Shown in pieces: positions 51,476 to 62,599 of a DNA stretch of 64,000 nt (positions within the stretch are counted from its first letter, which is position 1; every line of letters starts with the position of its first letter). The DNA comes from an uncultured delta proteobacterium (GTDB taxonomy: Bacteria > Myxococcota_A > Polyangia > Polyangiales > Polyangiaceae), in NCBI GenBank assembly GCA_963696385.1, contig CAVOKF010000002.1, forward strand, positions 1 to 64,000. The letters run 5' to 3'. Made by a program: the position numbers and the translations under genes. The notes under the pieces are model-generated. The model saw nothing but the letters and a program-made list of their open reading frames with translations, was not told the origin of the DNA and searched no databases.

Positions 51476-53944
51476 TTGAATAAGGCGAAAGTTGTTGCTC
51501 TTACGGTGCTTGCCCTCTTGAACGGGGCGTTCTCGTCCGCCTGCGGCTCAAGCTCCATGGCCAGGTCGGGTGGCTTGTCCGGACCGGCCGATTCCGGTAA
51601 CGGCGACGGGGTCGGTCCCGGCGGAGGCGAAGGCGGTGCCCAGAACCATGATGGCGGTTCCAGCGGCGCGGGTGGTCTCGATGCGAGTGCGGACGCCACC
51701 GACGGAGCCGTGGCAGCCGACGGCGCAGCGGGTGCGTCCGCCACCGACGGAGCGGCGGCCGACAGCGCGGCGGGTGCGGACGCCACCGCGGGGGGTTCGG
51801 ACGCGGCCTCCACGGCGTCGACCCTTCGACAGACAATAAACCTCAATCAGGGCTGGACGTTTCAGCTCGGCGACTACGCGGGCGCACAGGCGAGCACGTA
51901 TGACGATACCGCCTGGAGCCCCGTCAACTTGCCGCACTCGTTCAGTCTGCCCTACTTCATGTGGACGCAGTTCTACGTTGGCTACGGGTGGTACCGGAAG
52001 CACTTCACCATGCCGGTGGAGTGGTCGGGCAAGAGCCTATCTCTCGAGTTCGAGGGAGCGTTTCAAGACGCGGAAATTTACGTCAACGGCCAGCTCATTG
52101 GCGAACATCTCGGCGGGTATACCGGGTTTTCCTACGACATCACTAGCGCCGCGGTGGTGGGCGACAACGTGGTCGCCGTGAGGTTGAACAACAACTGGAA
52201 TGCCGAACTGGCGCCGCGGGCGGGGGACCACGAATTCAGTGGGGGCCTCTACCGTGACGTTCACCTCGTCGTGACCGATCCGCTGCACGTGACGTGGTAC
52301 GGCACGTTCGTGACGACGCCGACCGTGTCGGCGACGTTGGCCACGGTCAATATCCAGACCGAAGTCCAAAACGCCAACTCGGTCGCCAAAAGCTGCACCG
52401 TCCAGACCGACATCGTCGACGCGACCGGAACGATGGTGACAAGCGTGACCTCGACCCAAATAGTTGCGGCCAACACGACCGTCACGTTCAGTCAGACCAC
52501 ACCGACGATCGCCAATCCGGCGCTCTGGCATCCCGACCACCCGACGCTCTACCAGGCCGTCAGCACCGTCTCGGACGGGGCGACGCCCGTAGACAATTAC
52601 ACCACGAATTTCGGCTTCCGATGGTTCAGCTGGAGCGCCAGCACCGGCTTCACGCTGAACGGTTCGCACTACTACATTCACGGCGCGGACGTGCATCAGG
52701 ACCACGCCGGGTGGGTGGACGGCGTGACGAATGCCGGTCTGGTCCGCGACGTGACGATGGTCAAAAGCGCGGGATTCAACTTCATCCGAGGCTCGCACTA
52801 CCCGAAAGACCCTGCGTTTGGAGACGCCTGCGACGAGCTCGGCGTGTTGTTCTGGTCGGAGAACAATTTCTGGGGTGCGGGGGCTGGAACGGGGGAGGGG
52901 ACCTGGATGACGGCCGGCGCCTACCCCAACAACACCGCCGATCAGGCACCCTTCGAAACGAGCGTGCTCAATAGCCTCACCGACATGATCCGCGTCCATC
53001 GAAACCATCCGAGCATCGTGGCGTGGAGCATGTGCAACGAAGTCTTTGCGACGGCTTCGGCGACCATCCCGCTCATGAGAGCGTTGCTGTCGAAAGAGGT
53101 CGCGCTGGCACACCAGCTCGATCCGACACGACCTGCCGGCATCGGAGGCGCCCAGCGGCCGGAGGGCGCCACGACGCGTATCGACTTGCTCGGAGACATC
53201 GCCGGATACAACGGCGACGGCGCCGTGATTGCCATGTTTCAAAACCCGGGCATCGCCAACGTCGTGACGGAATACGGCAGCGTCGTCGCGACTCGACCGG
53301 GAGCGTACGATCCCGGCTGGGGTAACCTAAGTTCGCAGTTGACGAACGGCTTTCCGACAGAATTCGCGTGGCGCAGCGGGCAGGCGCGGTGGGCCGCGTT
53401 CGACTACGGAACGCCCTATGGCACCGTCAATTCGGAGACCGGAATCATCGATTACTTTCGGCTGCCGAAGCGCGCCTGGTACTGGTATCGCAACGCCTAT
53501 GCGAACATTCCGCCGCCGACGTGGCCGGTCAACGGTACGCCGGCCGCGTTGCAGCTCACGGCCGACAAGTCCACACTCGCCGCCGCGGACGGCACGGACG
53601 ACGCGCAGTTAGTCGTTACGGTTCTGGATTCCACCGGAGCCCCCATCAGCAACAACGTGACCGTCACCCTAACCGTCGAATCGGGCCCGGGCGAGTTTCC
53701 GACGGGGCCCAGCATCACGTTCACTCCGCCGTCGAGCAGCCCGCAATCGGACATTCAGATTCTCGACGGGCGGGCGGCCATCGAGTTTCGCAGTTATTAC
53801 GCGGGCACGACGGTCATCAACGCGACGTCTCCCGGACTCATGGGCGCTAGCGTCACCATCGTAACGCAGGGCAGTCCCGCCTGGGTGGCGGGCGTCACTC
53901 CGCCCACGCCCGCGCGACCGTACGCTCGGTACACGGCAAATTGA
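51476..53944 (+). CDS. Glycoside hydrolase family 2 lipoprotein (beta-galactosidase-like)
   Basis: GWYRKHF, LEFEGA, GGLYRDV, GFNFIRGSHYP, RNHPSIVAWSMCNE, VTEYG. Confidence 0.92.
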   Translation: MNKAKVVALTVLALLNGAFSSACGSSSMARSGGLSGPADSGNGDGVGPGGGEGGAQNHDGGSSGAGGLDASADATDGAVAADGAAGASATDGAAADSAAGADATAGGSDAASTASTLRQTINLNQGWTFQLGDYAGAQASTYDDTAWSPVNLPHSFSLPYFMWTQFYVGYGWYRKHFTMPVEWSGKSLSLEFEGAFQDAEIYVNGQLIGEHLGGYTGFSYDITSAAVVGDNVVAVRLNNNWNAELAPRAGDHEFSGGLYRDVHLVVTDPLHVTWYGTFVTTPTVSATLATVNIQTEVQNANSVAKSCTVQTDIVDATGTMVTSVTSTQIVAANTTVTFSQTTPTIANPALWHPDHPTLYQAVSTVSDGATPVDNYTTNFGFRWFSWSASTGFTLNGSHYYIHGADVHQDHAGWVDGVTNAGLVRDVTMVKSAGFNFIRGSHYPKDPAFGDACDELGVLFWSENNFWGAGAGTGEGTWMTAGAYPNNTADQAPFETSVLNSLTDMIRVHRNHPSIVAWSMCNEVFATASATIPLMRALLSKEVALAHQLDPTRPAGIGGAQRPEGATTRIDLLGDIAGYNGDGAVIAMFQNPGIANVVTEYGSVVATRPGAYDPGWGNLSSQLTNGFPTEFAWRSGQARWAAFDYGTPYGTVNSETGIIDYFRLPKRAWYWYRNAYANIPPPTWPVNGTPAALQLTADKSTLAAADGTDDAQLVVTVLDSTGAPISNNVTVTLTVESGPGEFPTGPSITFTPPSSSPQSDIQILDGRAAIEFRSYYAGTTVINATSPGLMGASVTIVTQGSPAWVAGVTPPTPARPYARYTAN

Positions 53945-54145
53945 GGCTGCGACGGGTCCGCTGGCGGCTAGGGGCGCAGCGGCCAACAAGGCCCGCGGTC
54001 ATCGCAAAAACGGGTTGTGAACTGACCGGCTTCGCGTCTCAAATGGGTCGACCCGTTTGAATCTGGCTGAACAAAGTCTCCCCTAGACTAAGAGGCCTCG
54101 CCGACGAGAGGGTCGTTTCGTCCGAAAGAGGCAGCGTTGTCACGC

Positions 54146-54814
54146 TCACGTTCTGACCTGGGTGGCCTTCGACCGTGGCGCAGGCGTGGAGCAGGTCGAG
54201 CAGGGCGCACCGCTTCCGTGCTGGATATTGTTCCGAGTCGGCTCCGCACGTAGCGTGCCACGGGACGGCTGCTCCACCATCTGGCCGAGGCGCGCGTAGA
54301 TGAATCGGAACGTGGGCGGCGCTCCTTCGAAGCACCAACGGACCCAAGCCTCGCCCTCGGCCCAGGCCTTCCGCGCGGAGACGTTCCGAATCACCCACGC
54401 CATCGCCGCCTCCGACCACTTTTCAATCGTCCCCCCAGGCTCGGGAAGGAGCTGACCGCCGACGACGACCATCACGCAATCGCCCAACCGCCCCTCGGCC
54501 TCGAGCACCTCCACCGTTGCCTTCGTGAAGATCGAACGGACCGCGTTGTTGGCCGGCTGGCCCTTGGCGTGGCCGAACGGGAGCGCGCTCGAAGCGTCCA
54601 CGATGGCGTCGGGGCGCGACGAGCGAACAACCGCAGACACGGCCGCCGCGTCGCAGAGATCTCCCTTGATCAGCGTCACCATCGCACGGAGCGCCTCCGG
54701 CACCTTGTCGGGATTGCGCACGAACGCCGCGACCGTCCAGCCCCGCTCGAGCACGCGCTCCATCACGAGGCGTCCGGCCTTGCCCGTAGCCCCGCAGATC
54801 AACATGGTCCCCAT
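54146..54814 (-). CDS. NAD(P)H-binding (flavin reductase-like) protein; C-terminus possibly disrupted
   Basis: LICGATGKAG...FVRNPDK...GDL. Confidence 0.65.
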   Translation of the reverse strand: MGTMLICGATGKAGRLVMERVLERGWTVAAFVRNPDKVPEALRAMVTLIKGDLCDAAAVSAVVRSSRPDAIVDASSALPFGHAKGQPANNAVRSIFTKATVEVLEAEGRLGDCVMVVVGGQLLPEPGGTIEKWSEAAMAWVIRNVSARKAWAEGEAWVRWCFEGAPPTFRFIYARLGQMVEQPSRGTLRAEPTRNNIQHGSGAPCSTCSTPAPRSKATQVRT

Positions 54815-54836
54815 CGGAGCCTCCGCGTGAATCGTT

Positions 54837-56730
54837 TCACACCCACTCGAGCTTCTCGAGGTCGGCGAGCAATCCCGGTCCGGTCGGCTGCCAGCCCAGC
54901 GCCGCGCGCGTCTGCTCGCTCGCCGAGCGGATGTCTTCGCCTGCGAGCGCGCCCATCCACCCGAAGTAGCCCGGTGCCTCGTCGGGCGTGATCGAGCGAA
55001 CGGGCACTCGCAGTCCCTTCCCGAGGACGTCCGCGATCGCGCGCAGTTGCACGCCTTCCTCGCCCACGGCGTGGTAGCGCGCCATCGCGTTCTTCTCAAG
55101 CGCGCGCCGGTAGAGGCGCGCCACGTCGTTCACGTGCGCTGCCGACCAGTGGTTCGAGCCATCGCCGACGTACCCCACGAAGCCCTTTTGGCGCGCGACC
55201 TCGATCACGAACGAGACGAGCCCCGCGCGGCGCGTGTCGTGCACCTGCGGCAGTCGCACGATCGCGACACGCACCCCGCGCTGCGCCACGGCATCGGCGG
55301 CCCGCTCGGGCGTGCGCGGGAATCCTCCGTCGGAGGGCGGCGCGTCATTCTCGGTCGCGGGCCGACCTGGGGTCCTGACCATGCCCACCCCCGAGGTCAC
55401 GATCAGCAGCTTCTGCGTGCCCGCGAGCGCTTCGCCCAGCGCCGCGATCGCCCGCTGCTCGTTCGCGCAATTGTCGGCGAACTTGGAGAAGTCGTGATCG
55501 AACGCGAGGTGGATCACCGCGTCCCTTCAGCGGCGCCCTCGTTGTGACCCACCCCGCGGCGGGATCGTGAGCCAGGGGGGCCGGTGAACGGTGGCCCTCT
55601 GGCGGCGTGATCGTGATCCACCTGGTTGCCCAATAGCAAGCCGTCGAATAGGGCCGGCGCGGGCTCGGGCACGCGCTCTGCATCGAGCCTCTTGCGACCC
55701 AATGAAGTGCATAGCCATGATCGCAGCGCGAGGAGCGGGGCCGTGTTGCCGCGTGTTGCCACGTGGCAACGCCAGGCCGGTGCACGGCGCCCTTCCAGGT
55801 GTGCACGATCCCAGCGAGCGACGAGCTCGTTCGTCGGCTGCGAGTGGTCGTGGCATGCGACGTGCGTGAGCAAATTCCATATTTTATGAAGCAATATCCA
55901 ATACATAGATAGCCCTCCCGCCGCCACCCGGTCGGCCCGTCGAGAGTCGCAGTCGATCTGCCGTTTGCTTCACGAGCACACGCTGCGGCCCAGCCCTTGC
56001 CGCGCGTTGGAGGTGTTGGCGAATCGACGTTCGAACAGGCCATCTTCGACTGTTGACGTCGGCCTCGTGCGGCGCGGTTGCCCTTGTTCTTGACGGAGCC
56101 AGCGCGCAAGGGCTTGCGCTCGGGATTCTAGAGTCAGCGTGCAGCGCGGCTCGGCACTGCCGGGCGCGCGGGTGCGCAGAGTCCTACCGGCGTCTTGCTT
56201 CGGGGCTCCCACTGCCGAGGCTCTCGCGACGCTGTCAGCGCCCTCGCGATCGGATCACTCTCGCGATCCAAGTAGACCGATTTCGAGAGAAGCGACGACG
56301 ACCAATCTCCGAGCGCGCACGAAAGCGAGCCGCGATGACGGCTACGCGGGAACGGCTCCGGCTGCGAAAGTCAATGCGCGTATCCCACCGACCGGACCCG
56401 GCCGTCCACCGCTGACCTTGGCGGTAGACGGGTGGGTCACGATCCCGCCGCCGCCGGCGTTGCGCTGGGACCATGACGTGGATCACGAGAACGCCCGGAA
56501 GTGGATCACTTTAAAGGCGCCGCTGAAGCCGCGTCCGCATGCGCGGCCGGAATTGAGAGTGTCTCGGGCCGAGTGAGATCGCCACGCGCCACTTCCGCGC
56601 CCGCAAGCGCGAGCGCCGCTACCGACGAGTCGGAGCGTGCGAGCCCGACGACCGCATGCCCTGCGCCCTTCAGCTCGCGGACGACGGCAGAACCGATAAA
56701 ACCAGACGCACCGGTGACGAAGACACGCAT
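54837..56730 (-). pseudogene. SDR/NAD-dependent epimerase split by a 1-kb insertion
   Basis: MRVFVTGASGFIG...HADA|VIHLAF; removing 1012 bp restores an 882-nt ORF. Confidence 0.9.
55525..56528. mobile_element. Non-autonomous 1004-bp element with IS21-like ends
   Basis: TIR CTTCAGCGGCGCC / GGCGCCGCTGAAG, 8-bp TSD CCGCGTCC (55517-55524, 56529-56536), repeated GTGA(T/C)CCAC motifs, no transposase. Confidence 0.88.
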
Positions 56731-56742
56731 GCGGACCTCCTG

Positions 56743-56791
56743 ATGTCAGACGCTGACATTCGACTAACATGTGATGTCAGTGCCTGCAATC
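56743..56791. promoter_or_regulatory. TetR operator pair between the divergent SDR and tetR genes
   Basis: ATGTCAG-acg-CTGACAT (56743-56759) and a degenerate copy GATGTCAG-tgc-CTGCAATC (56773-56791). Confidence 0.7.
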
Positions 56792-56807
56792 AGGTAGCAT
56801 GGGGACG

Positions 56808-57443
56808 ATGGCGCGCTGGGAGCCCGACGCACGCGGACGGCTGGAGAAGGCCGCGATGGAGCTCTTTCAAGAGCGTGGGTACGTGGAGACGACGGTCGAG
56901 GAGATCGCGACGTGCGCCGGCCTCACGGAGCGGACCTTCTTCCGCTACTTCGCCGACAAGCGCGAGGTGCTGTTCTCCGGGTCGAAGGAGCTCGAGAAAG
57001 GCATCGTGGACGGCATCGAGAGCACCTCCCGAGAGGCAGGTCCGCTGGAGGCCGTCGTCGCCGCCTTCGAGGCGGCAGGCGCTAAGCTCCAAGACCGCCG
57101 TGACATCCGCTTCGTTCGAGCAAGGTACGCGCTCGTCACCAACCATGCGGAGCTCCAAGAGCGCGAGCTCATCAAGCTCGCCTCACTTGCGATGGCGGTC
57201 ACCAAGGCGCTTCGTGTGCGGGGAGTCCCCGAGCCTGCCGCAAGCCTCGCTGCCGAGGTGGGCATCGCCGTCTTCAAGGTCGGCTTCGAACGCTGGGTCA
57301 ACGAGAGGAAGCCGAGCGACCTCGCAGCACAAATCCGCGCGGCGGCGGACGCCCTCAAGGCCGTCGCTGCCGCACGGAACGCACCGACCAAGCGCCCAAG
57401 AAGGAAACCCCGCGCCGCGCGTAGCGGGCTCGGCAATCGGTAG
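56808..57443 (+). CDS. TetR family regulator
   Basis: TTVEEIATCAGLTERTFFRYFADKREVLF. Confidence 0.92.
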   Translation: MARWEPDARGRLEKAAMELFQERGYVETTVEEIATCAGLTERTFFRYFADKREVLFSGSKELEKGIVDGIESTSREAGPLEAVVAAFEAAGAKLQDRRDIRFVRARYALVTNHAELQERELIKLASLAMAVTKALRVRGVPEPAASLAAEVGIAVFKVGFERWVNERKPSDLAAQIRAAADALKAVAAARNAPTKRPRRKPRAARSGLGNR

Positions 57444-57475
57444 CAGAAGCCTGGATCGGACACCGTCCTTGACCT

Positions 57476-58270
57476 GTGCTCGCAGATGGCCGGAGGAAAT
57501 TCGGGTCCGTTGCTCGTTGCCATCGTTGTTTCGGCAGCTGCGACCGCGGCGGTCGCCCGCCCCGCTCGTCCGCAGACTACCGCGATTTCGTGCGTCTTTT
57601 CCCCGAACTCTGGGTGCCCGAGGGGCCGTCGTCCGCGGAGCGCTTCGCCGAGTGGATCGCTCCCCCCCACGCTCTGGTGTTGCGCGACGGCGACGCGGTC
57701 CTCGGGTTCGCATGGGCGCGCCCGCGTGGCGACCGGCCGCACGTCTCAATCGTGATCACCAATCCGGCGCATCGACGCCAGGCAGTGGCGCGCACGCTGA
57801 TGACGGCCGTCCCGGAGCAGGGCCGTGCCGCGGGCTTTCGGCGGTGGATGCTCAACGTCAAACCAGACAACACGGCGGCCCGAACGCTCTACGAGCGCTG
57901 TGGCATGAGCGTCGTGCTGGCGTCGGTCTATCGCGTGGGCGGATGTGGCGCGGATCGAGCCCCTGGCCGGAATCGTTGCTCGCCCGCTGCCACCGGCCGA
58001 CAATGCCCGGTTCGAGGACGCTCTGGCGCTCTCTCGCGGCGAACCCTCAGACTATCGCGCACCAGCGGGGCGCGCCTGGTGGGTGCAGAAGGTCCCGACG
58101 GCCCGGTCGGCGTCGTCGCGTACGACCCGATCCACCCAGGAGTTCCGCTGCTGCGGGTCCGCTTGCCGCGTGCTGCTCGACGCCATCCGCCGCTACGCCC
58201 ACCCGGACCACGACTGCGGTTCAGAGTCCGATTTGGGGTTCGTCGACCGGGCGCGAGCCCGACGAGCTAA
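57476..58270 (+). pseudogene. GNAT acetyltransferase, degraded
   Basis: NPAHRRQAVARTLM...LNVKPDNTAARTLYERCG; frameshifts downstream. Confidence 0.65.
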
Positions 58271-58381
58271 TGGTGACCGCCAGATTTTCGACCCCGCCGC
58301 CCGCCTCCGCTCGTTCGAGATCGTGGCGGAAGTCGCGCGGGGCGTGAGAACGATTTTCGCGTCGTATCCGCAAATCGGCTC
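58224..58381. repeat. ~158-bp MITE/REP-like element
   Basis: Ends GAGTCCGATTTG / CAAATCGGCTC; related copy on the minus strand ending at 21744. Confidence 0.6.
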
Positions 58382-58711
58382 CGGGCGACGATGGCCAAAG
58401 CAAACTCCATGGCATTCCGAGTCGAATTCGACGGCACGCACCCTCTTCGGGCCTCTCGGACCCCCGACGAGCTTCCGACGGTCGAGTCTTGCGCCGAGTC
58501 GCCCTTCATGAAGTCCCCGCCCGCGCCGTATCCTCCCCGGGGGCAGAGATCGATGCCCGCTTGCGCGGACCGATCGCTTGCGGATCGAATGGACCTGTCG
58601 CCGCCGCAGAACAAGCGGAGTCCGTGGTCACAGGAAACCAAACGGAGTTCGGCCGTTTCGGTTTGTGGAAAAAAGTTTGTGAAAAAAACATCGGAGGCGG
58701 CGAGAAGCAGG

Positions 58712-59347
58712 ATGCTGACGGCAGCTTGGGATGTGGGACGCCTCATCGAGCTGCGATTCTCCGGAAGCCCGACCCTCGAGGACGTCGCGCAGTTCGAGCG
58801 CGACTCGCACGCGTGCGTGGTGTCCTGCGTCGCACGGACCAAACAGCCCGTGGTCGTATGCACCGACATTCGGGCGACGCAGTTGTTCCGACCCGCGGTG
58901 ACAGACCGACTGATTCAAACGATGCGGGGGAACAATCGGATGGTGGAACGAAACGGCATGCTCGGCAACGGCAGCGCGCTGATGGCGCTGCAGATCGTCA
59001 GGCTCACCAACGAGGCGGCGGGCGACCATCGAAGACGCATTTTCGAGGAATTGGAACCGCTGCTCGATTGGCTCGCTGCGTCGTTGACGGCCGAAGAGCA
59101 GGCCGGAGTGCGCCATTTCTTGGCTGGGCACGAGATGAGCGGGACGGGACAGGAAACAACTACGACAGTCGCGACGGGCAGGGATAGGCGCACGCCGCGC
59201 CCGTTCCCCCACTCCCGAAGTCGTCTCTTCCCAGACTCGAGGCCGCAAGGGAACGCGCCGAGCATGGCGATCGAGCTCAAGGTGGATGTCGGCCGCCTTT
59301 CGCGGGGACTTCGGAAACGAGCCAAAATCGGCCCACGGTTCGAGTGA
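58712..59347 (+). CDS. Hypothetical STAS/SpoIIAA-like protein
   Basis: GRLIELRF...VVCTDIRA...ALQIVRL...RRIF..LLDWL pattern. Confidence 0.5.
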   Translation: MLTAAWDVGRLIELRFSGSPTLEDVAQFERDSHACVVSCVARTKQPVVVCTDIRATQLFRPAVTDRLIQTMRGNNRMVERNGMLGNGSALMALQIVRLTNEAAGDHRRRIFEELEPLLDWLAASLTAEEQAGVRHFLAGHEMSGTGQETTTTVATGRDRRTPRPFPHSRSRLFPDSRPQGNAPSMAIELKVDVGRLSRGLRKRAKIGPRFE

Positions 59348-59451
59348 AAACGAACGCCCCAAAGGGATTCTACGTTAACTCACCGTCTCGCTGGCCTCTT
59401 CGTCGACCGGCAGGCGTGCATCCGACGCACGGTCAGCGTCCAGCCCACGGT

Positions 59452-61260
59452 CTACCGAAGGCCCGGAAGGACCTGCGTACCCTCAATCTGGACGGCCGTC
59501 AGAGCGGCCGGGTTGAGCCCCAGGAGGGCGAGGATCGTCGGTGCGACCTGGGTAGTCTCGACGGAGGTGGACTCGACCCGAACCGGTATGCCCGGGCCGC
59601 TGACAACCATCAGGACGTGTGTGTCGCCCGTGTTCATACCACCGTGCTCGGCGAGCTTGGTCGGCCCCGAGTAAACGATGCCCACCTGGACCTTGCCGAA
59701 GACGTCCGGGTAGTGGCCATTGTCAACCGGGACGCCGAAGAAGTTGGCGGCCTCAGCGCCGACCCAGATCTGCGCGAGGCCCGAATGCTGGACGGTGACG
59801 GGGTTCTTGTTGATGTCGAAACCCGCAGCGGTGTGGTTCCACAGATAGCTCTTGACGAAGTCGCAAGCGGCCTGCGAGTTGTCCGACAGGTAGGACTGCC
59901 ACAGGTCGTCGTCGGTTCCGGCAACGATCAGGCTCGTGTTGCTCGGGTGCGTCTCCGCCCAGGCGGCGTTGATCGCGCTGATGATCGGGCCGTCCTTGAC
60001 GGTGCGGAGCTGGTTCGGATCCAGCGGCGACTGGCCGTGCTTGGCCGTGACGATGATCGTCGTCGAGCCCGCGAGGCCGTCCTTGTCGATCGTAGAAACC
60101 ATGCGGCCAAGTTGAGCGTCGACGTAGTCGAGCGCGCTCGAGAGGACGGGGCCGGGAACGAGCTGACCGTTGACGAACTGGTACCCACCTGCCTCCGGAG
60201 CGCTGGTGGTGAAATTTCCGTTCGCGTCCGGACCGATCAACGTCGTCGGAGTCGAGGGGATCTTCTCCGCGACCGAGACGGTCTGGAAGTTCATGCCGAA
60301 GATCGCCGGGGTGCCGACGTGGGTCTTGCCCGAGTGGTCGAGACCGTCGATCTCATTCAGGATGGCCTGGACCTTGTAGCCGTCGTACTGCTTGGTGGCG
60401 GCGTCGATGTGCGCCCAGTCGTTGTCCTGCGGGTAAGGGACACCGTTCGGCATGACAGCCTGCGAGTCGATCTCCGGCGAGAAGAGGTCGTCAATGCTCT
60501 CGCCGTTCGAGCCCGGACCATTGAACGACGCGTAGATCTCGTGCTTGTCAGACCAAGCGGTGCGCAGGCCGGCGTTGTGGATGACCTGGAAGATCGTGTT
60601 GTCGCCGAGGTAGTCCCACGGAGTGATCGGCTCGCAGGTCTTCGGGTCCACTGGGAACGTGCCCGGGTTGAGCGACGTCTTCGGGTCGAACTTCAGGTTC
60701 ATGATCGCGGCCGGGTTGGTGTCAAGGCCGTTGGCGAAGATCGAACCGTCCTCGTCGAACGACGGGAAGGTGCCGTTCGCGGGATTGATGAAGTCGAGAA
60801 CATTCGCCAGCGCGTCATCCGGCGAGTCATAGATGACGTCACCACCGGTGGCCGGCTGGCCCGGGGTGCAGGCAGCGCCCCCCTCGTCGACCTCGTGGCT
60901 GTACTCAACGTCGTAGTAGACGCCCGTCGATTTGGGGTTACCGCCGGTCATCAGCGCGGTGCCACCCGGGTCGGAGTCCGACGGGTTGGAGGTCGCCGCA
61001 TTGGTGTACTCGCTGCCAGAGTGAACCAACTTGGCAAGCGTCGAGTTTGGGTGGTTGGCGACGTACCAGTCAAGGTCACTCTGGTGCATGCCATCGATCG
61101 AAATCAGCAGCACGTGCTGGTGGCGGTGGCCCTGGTCCTGGCAGTCAGCCGCGATCGCCTGCGTCGAGGTGCCCGTGATTTCTTCGCCGGCGCCGGCGTT
61201 CGAGCTGCAGGCCCCGACGAGGCAAAGCGACAGCAGCGGCAGAGTAGTTCGAATGCGCAT
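59452..61260 (-). CDS. Alkaline-phosphatase-superfamily phosphodiesterase/nucleotide pyrophosphatase lipoprotein
   Basis: Lipobox LVGAC, VLLISIDGMH, IIVTAKHG, AEHGG, QVAPTIL. Confidence 0.85.
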   Translation of the reverse strand: MRIRTTLPLLSLCLVGACSSNAGAGEEITGTSTQAIAADCQDQGHRHQHVLLISIDGMHQSDLDWYVANHPNSTLAKLVHSGSEYTNAATSNPSDSDPGGTALMTGGNPKSTGVYYDVEYSHEVDEGGAACTPGQPATGGDVIYDSPDDALANVLDFINPANGTFPSFDEDGSIFANGLDTNPAAIMNLKFDPKTSLNPGTFPVDPKTCEPITPWDYLGDNTIFQVIHNAGLRTAWSDKHEIYASFNGPGSNGESIDDLFSPEIDSQAVMPNGVPYPQDNDWAHIDAATKQYDGYKVQAILNEIDGLDHSGKTHVGTPAIFGMNFQTVSVAEKIPSTPTTLIGPDANGNFTTSAPEAGGYQFVNGQLVPGPVLSSALDYVDAQLGRMVSTIDKDGLAGSTTIIVTAKHGQSPLDPNQLRTVKDGPIISAINAAWAETHPSNTSLIVAGTDDDLWQSYLSDNSQAACDFVKSYLWNHTAAGFDINKNPVTVQHSGLAQIWVGAEAANFFGVPVDNGHYPDVFGKVQVGIVYSGPTKLAEHGGMNTGDTHVLMVVSGPGIPVRVESTSVETTQVAPTILALLGLNPAALTAVQIEGTQVLPGLR

Positions 61261-61734
61261 CGGTGATCTCCTTCTTGCATCATGTGTGCGGTGCCCTCGC
61301 GCTTTGTAGTCGGCTCTGTGTGACGACGATGTGCCGATGCAGCAAAAACAAGAGGGCCAGATCGGCGTGCAATTGTCACCGAAAGGCGGTTTTCGTGGAC
61401 CACGCGGCAGTTCGTGCTCGACAGCGACCCGAATGACGAAACCCTTGCGCAGCTCGGGGGCGCGCCTCACCGTCGTCACCCCCTTGGTTTCTCCGACCTT
61501 GCGCGGGCCGCCGCTTCTACTGCGAGGGACTGGGCTTCGAGTTCGACGGATGGTTCGTCGTCGTCGAGGGCTCGTACACGGCGACGCTCAACGGCAAGGA
61601 AGTCCGAGTCGGGGCCCGGCAGAAATGCTCCATCCCCAAGGGCACCCGAATCGCAGGCCGAGTCACCGCCGGGACGAGGATGGTTCACGCGTTCGGTGAC
61701 CGAAGAGCGGAGCGTAGATGAACCGCGCCGGGCC

Positions 61735-62060
61735 TAAGCCTAAGGCATCCCGAACGAGCCACACAGGCGAAGAGCACGACGACCAACGAGGCGAGCAGCG
61801 TCGCACGACCGAGCGAGCTTGCGAGCCGCCGAGCGCCGGCTCGCGTCGAGAGCACGTCATGTGCCGCCTTTAGCGCCACGACGACAACGACGGCGGATGG
61901 CTTGTAGGCGAGGGTCCGTCCGAAGTCCGATGCCCAGAAGGCTGCCACACCCAACATCGACAGGCTAATCCCGCGCATCGCGAGGTTGATGGCGCCGGTT
62001 GCGAGGAGCAGACCGATGCAAATCCAACCGAGCGTCCGGAACCGCAGACCCATCTTCTGG
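61735..62060 (-). pseudogene. CopD/DUF4149-like membrane protein fragment
   Basis: GLRFRTLGWICIGLLLATG...FGRTLAYK...AHD. Confidence 0.55.
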
Positions 62061-62599
62061 CCGCTCTGGCGCTTTGGGCGATTTCCCAGTCCCGCTCGGT
62101 TCCAAGCACGAACGCCACTTCGAGCGGCGAGGGCGCGAGTCGCGCACGGGCGGAAAAAATCACGCAGGGGCATCGAAGTCCGTTCCTGCGCTGGTTGCGC
62201 TGGTCCGATCGCGGTCAAACGACCACGGCTGAGGGATGGGATGCCAAATTGGCGCGGTTGCACGGACCACGAACGCCCCAAAGGCGTTATATGTGACCGC
62301 GGAGGTTTCCGCGGCTCTTCGTCGACCGATACCCTTTCGCCCGGCTACTCGCTCGACGCTGAGTCCTGGCGGCACAAAGAGGCCCAGCAGCGCTCTCGGT
62401 CCAAAAGAAACCTACGGACGACGACGCCTGACGGCGTCCGGATGCGCCCCGCGGTCGGCGACCGCCTCTCCGCGGGGCGTCCTTGAATTCGAAAGTTCCG
62501 TCACTCGGGAAGGCTTACCTTAAAGCAATCCCAGATGCCATTGTGGACATCGTACTCGCAAGAGCCTGAGGAGCAGTCGCTATCGTTTACACATACGTC

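Noticed and set aside
59321..59334. Third copy of the GAGTCCGATTTG repeat end
   Set aside because: Only a partial one-ended match (CCAAAATCGGCC) with no partner end found
59344..61266. Long antisense ORFs (also 10139-11815, 15745-17655, 44581-45909)
   Set aside because: Shadows of real genes on the opposite strand, expected at high GC
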